A stretch of 64,000 nt of DNA, taken from NCBI GenBank assembly GCA_015064485.1, contig SVSD01000003.1, positions 83,927-147,926 of the forward strand. The letters run 5' to 3'. This DNA comes from Oscillospiraceae bacterium. Its GTDB lineage: Bacteria > Bacillota > Clostridia > Oscillospirales > CAG-382. Position 1 is the stretch's first letter, and every line of letters starts with the position of its first letter. A program made the position numbers and the translations under genes. This document shows positions 36,703-46,338 of the stretch, piece after piece. The notes under the pieces were generated by a model. It saw nothing but the letters and a program-made list of their open reading frames with translations, was not told the DNA's origin and did not search any database.

Positions 36703-38919
36703 ATGGATTACTATTCCGAACTGCACGAAAAACTGTCGAATATAAGTACGCAGTATAATTTTGAAAAAATCAAAAGAGCCTTTGACTATGCAAACGAAAT
36801 GCATGCGGGTCAATTCCGCAAATCGGGAGAGGCATATATTTCCCATCCCGTTGCGGTTGCGCTTATAGTGGCACAGCTTGAACTTGATACCGACTCTATT
36901 TGTGCTGCACTTCTGCACGACACACTTGAAGACTGCAAGGAAAAAACAGACTGTGCAACCATCAAAAAGCTTTTCGGCGAAGAAGTTCTTGAGCTTGTAG
37001 ACGGTCTTACAAAGCTTGTGGATATCCATTTTGAAAACAGAGAAGAAGAAAGCGTTGAAAATCTTCGTAAAATGTTCCTTGCTATGTCAAAGGATATCCG
37101 AGTCATATTTATAAAACTTGCAGACAGACTTCACAATATGAGAACTCTTTCTGCTCAGCCGGATGCAAAGCAAAGATCAATAGCCCTTGAAACCATGCAT
37201 GTGTATGCACCGCTCGCACATCGTCTCGGTATCCAGAAAATCAAAGGCGAACTTGAAAACCTGGCTCTCGGTTATCTTGACCCGATAGGATATGCGGAAG
37301 TAAAAAACGATATCGAACACCGTTACGGAGAAAACCGCGATTTTCTTGAAAATGCACAGCAGCTTATAACCGAAAAGCTCAACAGCGAAAAGATTTCATA
37401 TTCGATGACGGGCCGTGTAAAATCTATCTTCAGCATTTATAAAAAAATGTATAATCAGGGCAAGAGCTTTGATGAAATATACGATTTTTATGCTATCAGA
37501 ATTATCGTTGATACTGAGCTTGAATGTTATACGGTTCTCGGTATAATACATGAGATGTTCAACCTTATTCCCGGAAGGTTTAAAGACTATATTTCAACTC
37601 CGAAGCCCAACCTTTACCGCTCTTTGCATACTACCGTCATCGGAAGACACGGTATCCCCTTTGAAGTTCAGATAAGAACCTGGGAAATGCATACCGTTGC
37701 AGAATACGGTGTTGCGGCTCACTGGAAATACAAGAGCGGCGAACAGGATAAGGAAAATATCGCAGAAAAGCTTAAATGGATAAGAACCCTTGTCGAAACC
37801 GAGAAGGGGGATGCAGATAACGAAGAGTTCTTAAAGCCTTTAAAGATAGATGTCTTTGAGGACGAAATATTTGTGTTTACCCCCAAGGGTGATGTTATAA
37901 GCTTGCAGAGCGGCTCGACCGCCATCGACTTTGCTTTTGCTATCCATAGTGAAGTCGGCAACCGTATGACGGGCGCTAAAGTAAACGGTATGATAGTGCC
38001 GATAGATACAGTTCTTCAGACGGGACAAATTGTTGAGGTAATTACATCCTCATCTCCCAAAGGGCCGAACAAGGACTGGCTCAAGATCGTAAGAACGAGT
38101 GAAGCGAAAAACAAGATCCGCCAATGGTATAAGCGCGAAAGACGGACAGAAAATATTGTCGAAGGCAAAAACATAATCGAAAAAGAACTCAAAAGCTACG
38201 GAAGACAGTATACAGATGTTCAAAAGGCGGAAATTGTCGGTAATGTTTCAAGCCGCATAGGTATGGCATCTGTTGATGATTTTTATAACAGCCTCGGCTA
38301 CGGCGGACTAAGTATATCAAAGGTTTCGGGCAAACTCAGAGACGAGTTTGTGAAGGTAGTGATGCCGGAAGGCGAGGATAAGCTTCCCGAAATACCGACC
38401 GTACCCAATCCCGAAACTATCAAAAAGCAGTCGGGAAATCTCCATCAGTCGGTAATTGTCGACGGTATCGATAATTGCCATATCAGATTTGCAAAATGCT
38501 GTAATCCTTTGCCCGGAGATAAGATAATCGGCTTTGTAACAAGGGGATTTGGCGTATCGGTTCATAAAAAAGATTGTCCCAATGCTGTTTTGGGATATGA
38601 AAAGGGAGAAGAAAAGGACAGATGGGTAGAAGTACACTGGTCGCAGTATACGATCAACCGCAGTAATCAGGAAAACGGGTTTGAAACGGTTCTTCAGATA
38701 TATGCGCATAATTCCATTACCGTAATTGCCGATCTCTCAAACCTTTTCAATGATTTGAAAGTACAGGTAAACTCACTTAATTCTAAGGTTATCCAATCAA
38801 AAAAGATGCTTCAGATAACCGTAAACATTTCCTGTAAAAACACAAGCCATGTTACATCAATTCTTCAGCGTATAAGAAAGCTCAACGAAGTTACCGATGT
38901 AACACGAGGATTTTCATAA
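36703..38919 (+). CDS. relA: Bifunctional (p)ppGpp synthetase/hydrolase (RelA/SpoT homologue)
   Basis: 738 aa with HD hydrolase (HPVAVALIV...LHDTLED), synthetase (YRSLHTTV), TGS and ACT domains. Confidence 0.95.
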   Translation: MDYYSELHEKLSNISTQYNFEKIKRAFDYANEMHAGQFRKSGEAYISHPVAVALIVAQLELDTDSICAALLHDTLEDCKEKTDCATIKKLFGEEVLELVDGLTKLVDIHFENREEESVENLRKMFLAMSKDIRVIFIKLADRLHNMRTLSAQPDAKQRSIALETMHVYAPLAHRLGIQKIKGELENLALGYLDPIGYAEVKNDIEHRYGENRDFLENAQQLITEKLNSEKISYSMTGRVKSIFSIYKKMYNQGKSFDEIYDFYAIRIIVDTELECYTVLGIIHEMFNLIPGRFKDYISTPKPNLYRSLHTTVIGRHGIPFEVQIRTWEMHTVAEYGVAAHWKYKSGEQDKENIAEKLKWIRTLVETEKGDADNEEFLKPLKIDVFEDEIFVFTPKGDVISLQSGSTAIDFAFAIHSEVGNRMTGAKVNGMIVPIDTVLQTGQIVEVITSSSPKGPNKDWLKIVRTSEAKNKIRQWYKRERRTENIVEGKNIIEKELKSYGRQYTDVQKAEIVGNVSSRIGMASVDDFYNSLGYGGLSISKVSGKLRDEFVKVVMPEGEDKLPEIPTVPNPETIKKQSGNLHQSVIVDGIDNCHIRFAKCCNPLPGDKIIGFVTRGFGVSVHKKDCPNAVLGYEKGEEKDRWVEVHWSQYTINRSNQENGFETVLQIYAHNSITVIADLSNLFNDLKVQVNSLNSKVIQSKKMLQITVNISCKNTSHVTSILQRIRKLNEVTDVTRGFS

Positions 38920-38938
38920 TAACGGAGTAAAACAATAA

Positions 38939-39409
38939 ATGAAAGCAGTAATCCAGCGGGTGACCTCAGCAGAAGTCAAGGTAGACGGCAAAATCTTGGG
39001 AAGTATAAATGACGGCTTCCTTATTCTCCTCGGTGTTGTTGAGGGCGACACAGAAACCGAAGCGAAGCTTTTATCTGATAAAATTGCGAAGATGCGCATT
39101 TTTTCGGATGAAAACGATAAAATGAATTTATCGCTTCTTGATTTTCAAAATAACGAAGAGCCGCATAAAGTTCTTGTGATTTCTCAGTTCACTCTTTGTG
39201 CCAATACAAGAAAAGGCAACCGCCCCGATTTTTTCGGAGCGGCAAAGCCTTGTGTTGCAGAGCCGTTGTATCACCGCTTTATGAATAACCTTCGCGAAGA
39301 CTTCGGTCTTTCTGTTGAAGAGGGTGAGTTTGGAGCGGATATGAAAGTATCTTTGACAAATGACGGCCCGGTCACAATAATTATTGACACCGACGATCTC
39401 AAAAAATGA
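38939..39409 (+). CDS. dtd: D-aminoacyl-tRNA deacylase
   Basis: 156 aa with MKAVIQRV..., SQFTL and NDGPVT. Confidence 0.93.
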   Translation: MKAVIQRVTSAEVKVDGKILGSINDGFLILLGVVEGDTETEAKLLSDKIAKMRIFSDENDKMNLSLLDFQNNEEPHKVLVISQFTLCANTRKGNRPDFFGAAKPCVAEPLYHRFMNNLREDFGLSVEEGEFGADMKVSLTNDGPVTIIIDTDDLKK

Positions 39410-40884
39410 AAATAGTTTTAAAAACAGATTTAAAATCATTAAGCAAACATTATATCGAAACTCTTGTGCTTCTCTATCTGCCGATGGAAAAATTCGGTGA
39501 AAATGATTCGGAAAAAAAGCTTACTCTTTCGGTACAGCTTGAAGACGGAAAATATTTCGGAAGTGCAGTTTATGAAGCAGACGGTATCTTTGAAAAAGAA
39601 GAGCTTTCAATTGAAAGGTTTTCGGACGAAGGTTTTGAAATCAGTGCAAAGAGCTTTGCAGGTAAGCTTTTTATCTCACTTTTTGGCAGAGTTTTCGGAT
39701 ACTATCCTCCTTGGGGGATGCTGACAGGTGTGCGGCCCGCAAGGTTTGCACTTGATATGATGAATATTGCAAAAACCTACGAGGCAACAAAACTTCTTCT
39801 TTGCAACAACTATCTTTGTACCCCAGAAAAGGCGGACCTTGCAATCAAGGTCGCACAATTTGACAAAAGGGTTTATGAAAACCGGGGCAATAAGGATTAC
39901 AGCCTTTATATCGGGATTCCTTTTTGTCCTACAAGATGCAGATATTGTTCTTTTGTTTCATATTCAACGCCGTCTTTGCTTTCGCTTATACCCGAATATG
40001 TAGATATGCTTTTTGAAGAAGTTAAAATGCTTTTATATACAGCAAAAGAGCTGTCGCTTAATTTGAAGAGCATATATGTCGGCGGAGGAACTCCGACAGT
40101 GCTTGACGAAGAACTTCTTGAAAGCTTTCTTAAAAGGCTTTATCCGCTTTTGGAAGGCACAAATTTCGAAGAATTTACTTTTGAGGCGGGACGCCCCGAT
40201 ACCGTTACTGAAAAAAAGCTTTCCGTACTTAAAAAATACGGCGTTACAAGAGTAAGTATCAACACACAGACCTCGAATGATGAAATTTTATCATCCGTCG
40301 GAAGAAAACATACATATTTCGATTTTGTAAACGCTTTTAATATGGCGAAAAAATATGGTTTCTCGGTTAATACCGACCTTATTGCGGGACTTCCGGGAGA
40401 AAGTGTTGAAAGCTTTAAGAAGAGCGTTTTGGATGTCATAAAGCTTTCGCCGGATAATATTACGGTTCATTCGTTTTCTCTTAAAAAATCTTCTGATTAT
40501 ACTTTGGATGGCGAGAAACTCGATCCGAAGGATGAAAGAATTTCGAATATGATTGAATTTTCCGCATCTTGTATGAAAGAAAACGGATATATGCCGTATT
40601 ATATGTACCGTCAAAAAAACACAGGCGGAAATTTTGAAAATGTAGGATATACAAAAAATGAGAAAGACGCAGGTCTTTATAATGTATATATGATGGAAGG
40701 TATTCATACCATACTTGCCGCAGGTGCAGGAGCATCAACCAAACTCGTTTTTGAAAATCTTACAAACAGCGAAAAAATTTATAATCCCAAATATCCTTTC
40801 GAATATTTGAGGGACAGGGAAAATATCCTTAAACACGGGCAAATAATAAAATCCTTTTACGATAACAGATACTATGAAAAGTAG
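39406..40884 (+). CDS. hemZ: Radical SAM coproporphyrinogen dehydrogenase-like protein HemZ
   Basis: 492 aa with CPTRCRYCSF, GGGTPT and a long N-terminal extension typical of HemZ. ATGA overlap with dtd. Confidence 0.7.
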   Translation: MKIVLKTDLKSLSKHYIETLVLLYLPMEKFGENDSEKKLTLSVQLEDGKYFGSAVYEADGIFEKEELSIERFSDEGFEISAKSFAGKLFISLFGRVFGYYPPWGMLTGVRPARFALDMMNIAKTYEATKLLLCNNYLCTPEKADLAIKVAQFDKRVYENRGNKDYSLYIGIPFCPTRCRYCSFVSYSTPSLLSLIPEYVDMLFEEVKMLLYTAKELSLNLKSIYVGGGTPTVLDEELLESFLKRLYPLLEGTNFEEFTFEAGRPDTVTEKKLSVLKKYGVTRVSINTQTSNDEILSSVGRKHTYFDFVNAFNMAKKYGFSVNTDLIAGLPGESVESFKKSVLDVIKLSPDNITVHSFSLKKSSDYTLDGEKLDPKDERISNMIEFSASCMKENGYMPYYMYRQKNTGGNFENVGYTKNEKDAGLYNVYMMEGIHTILAAGAGASTKLVFENLTNSEKIYNPKYPFEYLRDRENILKHGQIIKSFYDNRYYEK

Positions 40885-40895
40885 GTGTATTAATT

Positions 40896-42563
40896 TTGGC
40901 TTTTAAAGGCGCAAAAAAGAGAAGCGGTCAGACATTTATGTTTGGCGCAGTCATTCTTATGATATCAAATCTTCTTGTAAAGATAATAGGTGCAGTATTT
41001 AAAATTCCGCTTCAGCATCTTATTGCGGATGACGGTATGGCGTATTTTCAGGCCGCATATGACATTTATGTATCTTTCTATATGATATCGACAGCAGGTA
41101 TTCCTGTTGCAATATCAAGAATGATCGCTACAAGCAACAGCCGCGGAAATTATAAAGAAGTAGAAAAGATATTTAAGATAGCATATTGGGTGTTCTTTAT
41201 AATCGGCGCTCTTGCGACTGTTCTTATGATATGCTTTTCAAAAATGTTTGCAAATGTGGCAAAGCTTGAAGGTGCCGAATGGGCGATAATAGTTATAGCA
41301 CCGACTTTGTTTTTCATCTGTCTTTCATCGGCATACAGAGGTTATTTCCAAGGGCTTCAAAATATGGTGCCCACAGGTGTATCTCAAGTTATAGAATCCT
41401 TGGGTAAACTCGGAGTCGGACTTATAGCCGGCTGGTATGCTATATCGCAGGGCTATCCGATATATACAGTTGCCGCATTTGTTATCTCCGGCGTTACTCT
41501 CGGTGTTGTTGCAGCAACCGTCTATATCGCAATATTTAAACGCATGTTTAAGAGTGCGGAAGAAGAAGCGCAAGCAAACGCTCTTGAGGTAAGAAGCACA
41601 AAGAGCCTTCTTTACGAGCTTGTCATCATATCCATTCCCATATCGCTCGCATCCTCCATAATGGGACTTACAAATTCCGTTGACGCAATGCTCGTTACTA
41701 GCCGTCTTACGGATGTATGGGTGGCTCAGGGGCTTGAATATAAAGCTGCAAATGAGATTGCAACAAAGATCTATGGTGCATATTCTATGCCAAAAACCCT
41801 TTTTAATATGCCCACAACATTGATCTACCCCTTTGCAATAAGCGCTCTTCCGGCACTTTCGAAGTATTACGGCAACGGCGATAAAGAAAAGGCAAAATCT
41901 TTGATGGAATCAACTTTCAGAGTGTCTGCAATCGTCGCACTTCCTTGTGCTTTGGGAATGTCTGCTATGGCGCATCCCATACTTTCACTTATTTTCCGCG
42001 AGAATCAGATAACTGGTACAGTTACAAATATAGATGTCGTAGCCCCTTGCCTTATGGTGCTCGGACTTTCGGTATTCTTCCTGGGAATGATATCGGTTAC
42101 AAATTCTGTTTTACAGGCATATCATTTCCAGAATGATACGATCATTTCAACCGTCCTGGGCATAATCATCAAGGTTATTGCGACATATTTCCTTACGGGG
42201 ATACCTGATGTGGGAGTAGTAGGTGCCGCAATCGGAACTGCTCTTTGCTATTTTACAATAATGATAATGAATATGTTCTTTATCATAACAAAAGTAAAGC
42301 TTTTCCCCGGCCTTAGAAAAACATTCCTAAAGCCTTTTACAGCATCTGTTGTATGTATAATTCCCTGTCTTTTGATATATCGCTATATGAGCGGAATGAT
42401 AAGTCCGAAGATTACAACGGTTGCGGCGATTTTTGCTGCTGCTGTGGTATATGTTGCGGTGCTTTTGCTCATAAAAGGTGTATGTGTTGAAGATATCAAG
42501 ATGATGCCGAAATCCGATAAAATAATCAAAATTCTCAGAAAGGTAAAGCTTCTCGATGAATAA
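40896..42563 (+). CDS. MOP-superfamily flippase (YabM / SpoVB / MurJ-like polysaccharide biosynthesis protein)
   Basis: 555 aa with about 14 TM helices and a TTG start. Its position upstream of mazG-yabO-yabP-yabQ-divIC mirrors B. subtilis yabM. Confidence 0.7.
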   Translation: MAFKGAKKRSGQTFMFGAVILMISNLLVKIIGAVFKIPLQHLIADDGMAYFQAAYDIYVSFYMISTAGIPVAISRMIATSNSRGNYKEVEKIFKIAYWVFFIIGALATVLMICFSKMFANVAKLEGAEWAIIVIAPTLFFICLSSAYRGYFQGLQNMVPTGVSQVIESLGKLGVGLIAGWYAISQGYPIYTVAAFVISGVTLGVVAATVYIAIFKRMFKSAEEEAQANALEVRSTKSLLYELVIISIPISLASSIMGLTNSVDAMLVTSRLTDVWVAQGLEYKAANEIATKIYGAYSMPKTLFNMPTTLIYPFAISALPALSKYYGNGDKEKAKSLMESTFRVSAIVALPCALGMSAMAHPILSLIFRENQITGTVTNIDVVAPCLMVLGLSVFFLGMISVTNSVLQAYHFQNDTIISTVLGIIIKVIATYFLTGIPDVGVVGAAIGTALCYFTIMIMNMFFIITKVKLFPGLRKTFLKPFTASVVCIIPCLLIYRYMSGMISPKITTVAAIFAAAVVYVAVLLLIKGVCVEDIKMMPKSDKIIKILRKVKLLDE

Positions 42564-43365
42564 AAATGCAGTAAACGAGCTTCTTGATAAAGAAAGCTAT
42601 AATATTGACGATCTTATAAAAATAATGGAACTGCTTCGTTCGGAGGGAGGATGTCCCTGGGACAGAGAGCAGACTCATAAATCAATAAGAAACAATCTTA
42701 TTGAAGAAACATACGAAGCGGTCGAAGGAATAGACAACGGCGATGATGAAATACTAAAGGAAGAACTCGGAGATGTTCTTTTACAGGTGGTTTTCCATGC
42801 AAGAATTGCACAGGAGGAAAATTCATTTGATATAAATGATGTTGCGGACGGTGTTTGCAAAAAGCTTATTTTAAGGCATCCTCATATTTTTTCTGATATA
42901 AAAGCCGAAACTTCGGATAAAGTTCTTGAAAACTGGGATGCTATTAAAAAGGAAGAAAAGAATCAGAAAACCGCATCCGATACTTTGAAAGCTGTGTCGA
43001 GTGCGCTTCCTGCACTTTCAAGAGCATCAAAAATCGCATCAAAAGCAGGGAAGGCCGGATTTACTTATCCGGATGTATCTGCCGGTATGTATAAAGCGAA
43101 AGAAGAATTCAGCGAGGTGGAAAAAGCAATTTTTTCTGATGATAAAGAAAAAATCGAAGAAGAATTCGGCGACCTTCTTTTTGCAGTTGCAAATGCCGCA
43201 AGACTTTCCGGAGTAAACCCCGAGGAAGCTTTGTATAAGGCAAACGAAAAATTCATAAACAGATTTTCAAGAATGGAAAAGATTGCAAATGAAGAGGGCA
43301 AACAACTTTGTGAATTAGATGTAAATAACTTGCTCGATTTTTGGAAAAAAGCAAAAAAAATCTGA
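42556..43365 (+). CDS. mazG: Nucleoside triphosphate pyrophosphohydrolase MazG (tandem MazG domains)
   Basis: Contains GGCPWDREQTHKSIRNNLIEETYE, EELGDVLLQVVFHA, and a second EEFGDLLFAV domain. Confidence 0.9.
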   Translation: MNKNAVNELLDKESYNIDDLIKIMELLRSEGGCPWDREQTHKSIRNNLIEETYEAVEGIDNGDDEILKEELGDVLLQVVFHARIAQEENSFDINDVADGVCKKLILRHPHIFSDIKAETSDKVLENWDAIKKEEKNQKTASDTLKAVSSALPALSRASKIASKAGKAGFTYPDVSAGMYKAKEEFSEVEKAIFSDDKEKIEEEFGDLLFAVANAARLSGVNPEEALYKANEKFINRFSRMEKIANEEGKQLCELDVNNLLDFWKKAKKI

Positions 43366-43484
43366 AAAATTTGCATTTTTTTTGATAAAAAGAACAAAAA
43401 AATTGTTTAAAATGTTGCTTTTTTGGATTAAAGTGATTATAATATAATCATACCAATTATAATTAACATAAGGAGATTTTACCT

Positions 43485-43763
43485 ATGAACAAGACAGAAA
43501 TGATCGCAAAAGTTGCGAAAGAAGCGGGCCTTACAAAGGATCAGGCTTCCAAAGCTGTAAATGCAGTTTTCGGTTCTATCACAGAAACTCTTGCAAACGG
43601 TGATAAAGTTCAGCTTATCGGCTTTGGTACATTCAGCGTTAAGCACTGCGCAGCAAAAGAAGCAAGAATCCCCAAGACAGGCGAAAAGAAACTCGTTCCC
43701 GCTACAGACCGTCCTAAGTTCTCTGCAGGACAGGCTCTCAAGGACGCTGTTGCAAAGAAGTAA
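43485..43763 (+). CDS. hup: DNA-binding protein HU
   Basis: 92 aa: MNKTEMIAKVAKEAGLTK...GFGTFSVK...ARIPKTGE...PKFSAGQALKDAV. Confidence 0.96.
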   Translation: MNKTEMIAKVAKEAGLTKDQASKAVNAVFGSITETLANGDKVQLIGFGTFSVKHCAAKEARIPKTGEKKLVPATDRPKFSAGQALKDAVAKK

Positions 43764-43777
43764 TTTTTACACAGTCA

Positions 43778-43812
43778 AGTGCCATATGCCGTCCGGTGTA
43801 TGGCACTTTTTC
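43778..43812 (+). terminator. Rho-independent terminator of hup
   Basis: AGTGCCATA-(loop)-TATGGCACT followed by TTTTTC. Confidence 0.85.
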
Positions 43813-43843
43813 TTTGTATGGCGAAAAAAGGAGAAAAATATTA

Positions 43844-44086
43844 ATGAGACTCGATAAGTTTTTAAAGGTTTCAAGAATAATCAAGAGAAGAACTGTTGCA
43901 AATGATGCTTGTGATAATTCTCTTGTAACAGTAAACGACAGACCTGCAAAAGCGTCATATGATGTTAAGGTAGGGGATATAATATCTATAACATTCGGCG
44001 AGCGTACCGTTAAAGTAAGAGTGCTTGAAATAAATGAACATGCTTTAAAAAAGGACGCGGCTTTGATGTATGAAGCTGTTGAATAA
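43844..44086 (+). CDS. yabO: S4-domain RNA-binding protein YabO
   Basis: 80 aa from MRLDKFLKVSRIIKRRT (AAAGGAG RBS). S4 motif present, and the position is syntenic. Confidence 0.8.
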   Translation: MRLDKFLKVSRIIKRRTVANDACDNSLVTVNDRPAKASYDVKVGDIISITFGERTVKVRVLEINEHALKKDAALMYEAVE

Positions 44087-44140
44087 AGGTAATAATACGG
44101 ATTTTTTTAACATATACATTTTCCGAAGGGAGAGTTGTAT

Positions 44141-44437
44141 ATGGACACAACAAAAAATTTTTCAAAGCATCACACAATTTGTGTGAAAGAAAGAAAAAGT
44201 ATGACGGTAACAGGTGTTACCGAAATAATAAAATTTGACGAAAACTGCGTTTCACTCGACATTTCCGACTGTCAGCTCAATATTGAAGGCGAAGAACTCA
44301 AGATCGAATCTTTCAGCACAGACCAGGGGGATGTGAATATTTCGGGGCATATAGATGCTGTTATCTACCTCGGAACAACACAAGCTTCCTACCGCAGAGG
44401 GTTTTTAAAAAGGATTTTTTCATATGACGACAGGTGA
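44141..44437 (+). CDS. yabP: Sporulation protein YabP
   Basis: About 98 aa. The pattern HTICVKERKSMTVTGVTEIIKFDENCVSLDISDCQLNIEGEELKIESF matches the YabP family. The ATG at 44141 has GGGAG 8 nt upstream. Confidence 0.8.
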   Translation: MDTTKNFSKHHTICVKERKSMTVTGVTEIIKFDENCVSLDISDCQLNIEGEELKIESFSTDQGDVNISGHIDAVIYLGTTQASYRRGFLKRIFSYDDR

Positions 44438-45056
44438 TTTTTTTAAAGACACCGTTTTTTCTTCGTCAAATCCTTTTGCTCTTATGCTTTGTGCGGCAAT
44501 TACAGGAATTCTTTTCGGTGTTTTTAAAGATGTTATGAAAATACCCGAAAAGCTTATCGGAAAAAATTCTGTGCTTATATTTGCATCTGATTTTTCCGGC
44601 ATAGTCTGTGCATATTTATTTGTGTTTATTTGTGCTCTGCATTTTAATCACGGTATAATCAGATGGTATCATCCTGTGATTTCTGCTGTCTTTCTTTTTG
44701 TATATAAAAAGACGGTTTCAAAAGCTGTAGTTTGGTTTTTTGATAAGCTTTGCGGCTTGGTGATAAAAATACTTCAAACGGTATATAAATTGTTTATGTA
44801 TCCTGTAAATCTCATCAAAAAGTTATTGCAAAAGCTTTATGACAGGGCAAGTGTATTTATAATACTGTTCGTTCAGAAAAGGAAATACGATAAAAAACGC
44901 GTAAAATATCACAAATCGGCATCAACAGGTTTTAATCTTGTGCCGTACAAAAAAGGGGAGCATAAAAACAATGTCAAAAAAACTCGGAGCCGTAGCAATA
45001 CTTCTCATAATCGTGCTTTTGATAGTTGCAGCATTCAGGCTTCAAATGGAACTTAA
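44424..45056 (+). CDS. yabQ: Spore cortex biosynthesis protein YabQ (membrane)
   Basis: 210 aa with N-terminal TM helices and a basic tail. It follows yabP with overlap. The tail overlaps divIC in another frame, so the 3' extent is less certain. Confidence 0.6.
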   Translation: MTTGDFFKDTVFSSSNPFALMLCAAITGILFGVFKDVMKIPEKLIGKNSVLIFASDFSGIVCAYLFVFICALHFNHGIIRWYHPVISAVFLFVYKKTVSKAVVWFFDKLCGLVIKILQTVYKLFMYPVNLIKKLLQKLYDRASVFIILFVQKRKYDKKRVKYHKSASTGFNLVPYKKGEHKNNVKKTRSRSNTSHNRAFDSCSIQASNGT

Positions 45057-45246
45057 TGAATTGCGAGACGAAGCGGAAGAGCTGACACAGCAGTTAAACG
45101 AAGCACGGCTTGAAAAGGAAAAGGTAGAAAGAGATTATGATATGATGAGAAAAAATCTTGATGAGTATCTGGAAAAAGAGGCGCTTGAACACGGATACCG
45201 CTATCCCAATACAAAAGAGTTTACAAACGATATGGCAGAAAATTGA
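44971..45246 (+). CDS. divIC: Septum formation initiator (FtsB/DivIC family)
   Basis: 91 aa from MSKKLGAVAILLIIVLLIVAAF (TM helix) followed by a coiled-coil (LNELRDEAEELTQQLNEARLEKEKV). GGGGAG RBS. Confidence 0.75.
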   Translation: MSKKLGAVAILLIIVLLIVAAFRLQMELNELRDEAEELTQQLNEARLEKEKVERDYDMMRKNLDEYLEKEALEHGYRYPNTKEFTNDMAEN

Positions 45247-45262
45247 CAGAAGGTTTAAAAAG

Positions 45263-46108
45263 TTGAGAGTTATAAATACATCAGAAATAAAAGAAAAAGT
45301 AAAAGAGCTTTTTATCAGTGCAAATTACAATTTGCCGGAGGATATATTCAAAAAAATTAAAATATGTAAAGACAGCGAAGAGAAGCCTCTTGCAAAGAGT
45401 ATTCTTGAAAAGCTTGCGGAAAACTGCGATGCCGCAAAAAGGATAAATGTGCCGATATGTCAGGACACAGGAATGGCAATCGTTTTTCTCGAAATCGGTC
45501 AGGAAGTCTTTCTCGAAGGAGAAGCGCTTGAAGACTCGGTAAACGGTGGAGTTTTACAGGCATACGAGGAAGGTTTTCTGAGAAAATCAGTAGTTTCAGA
45601 TCCTCTATTTGAAAGAAAAAATACCAACAACAATACCCCGGCAGTGATTTTTACAAAAATAGTTCCGGGGGATAAGATTACAATAATTGCAGCTCCCAAA
45701 GGTTTCGGCAGCGAAAATATGAGTGCAATAAAAATGTTTACCCCGTCTGCAAAAAGAGAAGATATAATAAATTTTGTTGTTGATACAGTAAAAAATGCGG
45801 GAAGCAATCCATGCCCTCCGATAATTGTAGGAGTTGGTATCGGCGGTGATTTTGAATACTGTGCATACCTTTCAAAAAAAGCGCTTATTCGAGATACAGA
45901 TATCCAGAACGAGAATAAGGATTATGCACAGCTTGAAAAAGACATACTGTCTGCGATAAACGAAACCGATATCGGACCGCAGGGATTTGGCGGAAAAACC
46001 ACATGTCTTGCTGTTAATATAGAATATTTTCCAACTCATATTGCGGGTCTGCCGTGTGCTGTAAATATAGGCTGCCATGTTACAAGGCATGCAAAGGCTG
46101 TAATATGA
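45263..46108 (+). CDS. Fe-S type hydro-lyase (class I fumarate/tartrate dehydratase), alpha subunit only
   Basis: Contains PICQDTGMAIVFLEIGQEV, AAPKGFGSEN and GVGIGG. The proposed TTG start at 45263 (GAAGG 10 nt upstream) gives 281 aa. The track start at 45158 lies inside divIC. Confidence 0.75.
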   Translation: MRVINTSEIKEKVKELFISANYNLPEDIFKKIKICKDSEEKPLAKSILEKLAENCDAAKRINVPICQDTGMAIVFLEIGQEVFLEGEALEDSVNGGVLQAYEEGFLRKSVVSDPLFERKNTNNNTPAVIFTKIVPGDKITIIAAPKGFGSENMSAIKMFTPSAKREDIINFVVDTVKNAGSNPCPPIIVGVGIGGDFEYCAYLSKKALIRDTDIQNENKDYAQLEKDILSAINETDIGPQGFGGKTTCLAVNIEYFPTHIAGLPCAVNIGCHVTRHAKAVI

Positions 46109-46178
46109 TAAAATAATCAAATTGGCTGTTAAAATAACTAAATTGTGATATTTTTATGTGAAAATTGCATAAAAACTA

Positions 46179-46207
46179 TTTACAAATGCTGATGAATATG
46201 TTATAAT
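46179..46207 (+). promoter_or_regulatory. Sigma-A-type promoter (extended -10) of hpf
   Basis: TTTACA (46179-46184), 17 nt, then TGT-TATAAT (46199-46207). Confidence 0.65.
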
Positions 46208-46338
46208 ATACTCAAGATAAGCTAAGAGTTTATCTAAATCTATTTCTTTTTTGCAAAGGAAAGCGAAACGGGGCTGTTTCGGCTTTCCGATTGCCCCCGA
46301 AAGTTTTTTCTTTGCAAGTTTTCTAAGGAGGCATGGTT

